Below, one piece after another: positions 63,859 to 64,000 of a stretch of 64,000 nt of DNA; position 1 is the stretch's first letter; every line of letters begins with the position of its first letter. The position numbers were made by a program, and so were the translations under genes. The stretch is from an uncultured virus (IMG/VR IMGVR_UViG_3300042867_001762) (Duplodnaviria > Heunggongvirae > Uroviricota > Caudoviricetes), in the IMG/VR virus record IMGVR_UViG_3300042867_001762; one strand, given 5' to 3'. A model generated the notes under the pieces. That model was not told the origin of the DNA. It made no database searches and saw only the letters and a program-made list of their open reading frames with translations.

Positions 63859-63897
63859 CAGGATCGGCCCGGCCCGGCTTTAGGCCCGGCGCCGCCT
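63859..63897 (-). promoter_or_regulatory. CCTAAA-N13-GATCC element, copy 15
   Basis: CAGGATC-ggcccggcccggc-TTTAGG. Confidence 0.72.
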
Positions 63898-64000
63898 AGC
63901 AGCTGGCCGGTGCCTGATGAATTCAGACTATTCAGGCATCATTGCGACCAATGCTTGCTCGCAGCGTATCGATCTCTGCAACGAGAGGCGCGACATGATG

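Noticed and set aside
275..63897. Recurrent element as a CRISPR array
   Set aside because: Copies are 0.6-7 kb apart, not tandem, and have variable interiors; no repeat-spacer periodicity and no cas genes.
275..63897. Recurrent element as an intrinsic terminator
   Set aside because: No U tract after the stem on either strand; it occurs in divergent gaps and right after a real terminator (50135-50164).
275..63897. Element as a canonical sigma28/SigD promoter
   Set aside because: Boxes are similar but spacing is about 5 nt shorter in every copy, so canonical host sigma28 recognition is unlikely.
63911..63940. CTGATGA within an inverted repeat as a hammerhead ribozyme
   Set aside because: No correctly placed stem II plus GAAA core; probably a simple hairpin at a gene end.
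1..64000. Stop-codon reassignment, tRNA or rRNA genes
   Set aside because: Recognisable genes are intact and tightly packed using TAA, TAG and TGA as stops; no cloverleaf or rRNA-like sequence noticed by eye (tRNAscan-SE not run).

Overview
This window looks like part of a large (jumbo-type) tailed bacteriophage genome: more than 100 tightly packed, mostly short genes, nearly all on the minus strand and in the standard genetic code. Recognisable genes include rIIA/rIIB, GP88-like, two MoxR-AAA/vWA-metallopeptidase pairs, Thg1, two RNA ligases, SpoU, oligoribonuclease, phosphoesterases, trigger factor, ClpS, IscA, M16/M15/M41-like/C45 peptidases, a kinase-like protein and a large LamG protein. 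No core capsid, polymerase, tRNA, rRNA or CRISPR feature was seen. The strongest unexplained structure is (1) a dispersed, identically oriented element CCTAAA-N13-GATCC (15 copies, one degenerate, invariant spacing, inside an imperfect GC hairpin) just upstream of minus-strand gene blocks, probably a phage-specific promoter; (2) about 31 small uncharacterised ORFs starting MKL, including a divergent paralog family with a shared N-terminal helix pair; (3) four otherwise unrelated proteins sharing a ~35-aa N-terminal leader (LA..LD..G...A..LD); (4) a structured RNA leader (three-way junction plus pseudoknot) upstream of the second MoxR ATPase. All calls come from reading motifs by eye; no database search or folding program was run.
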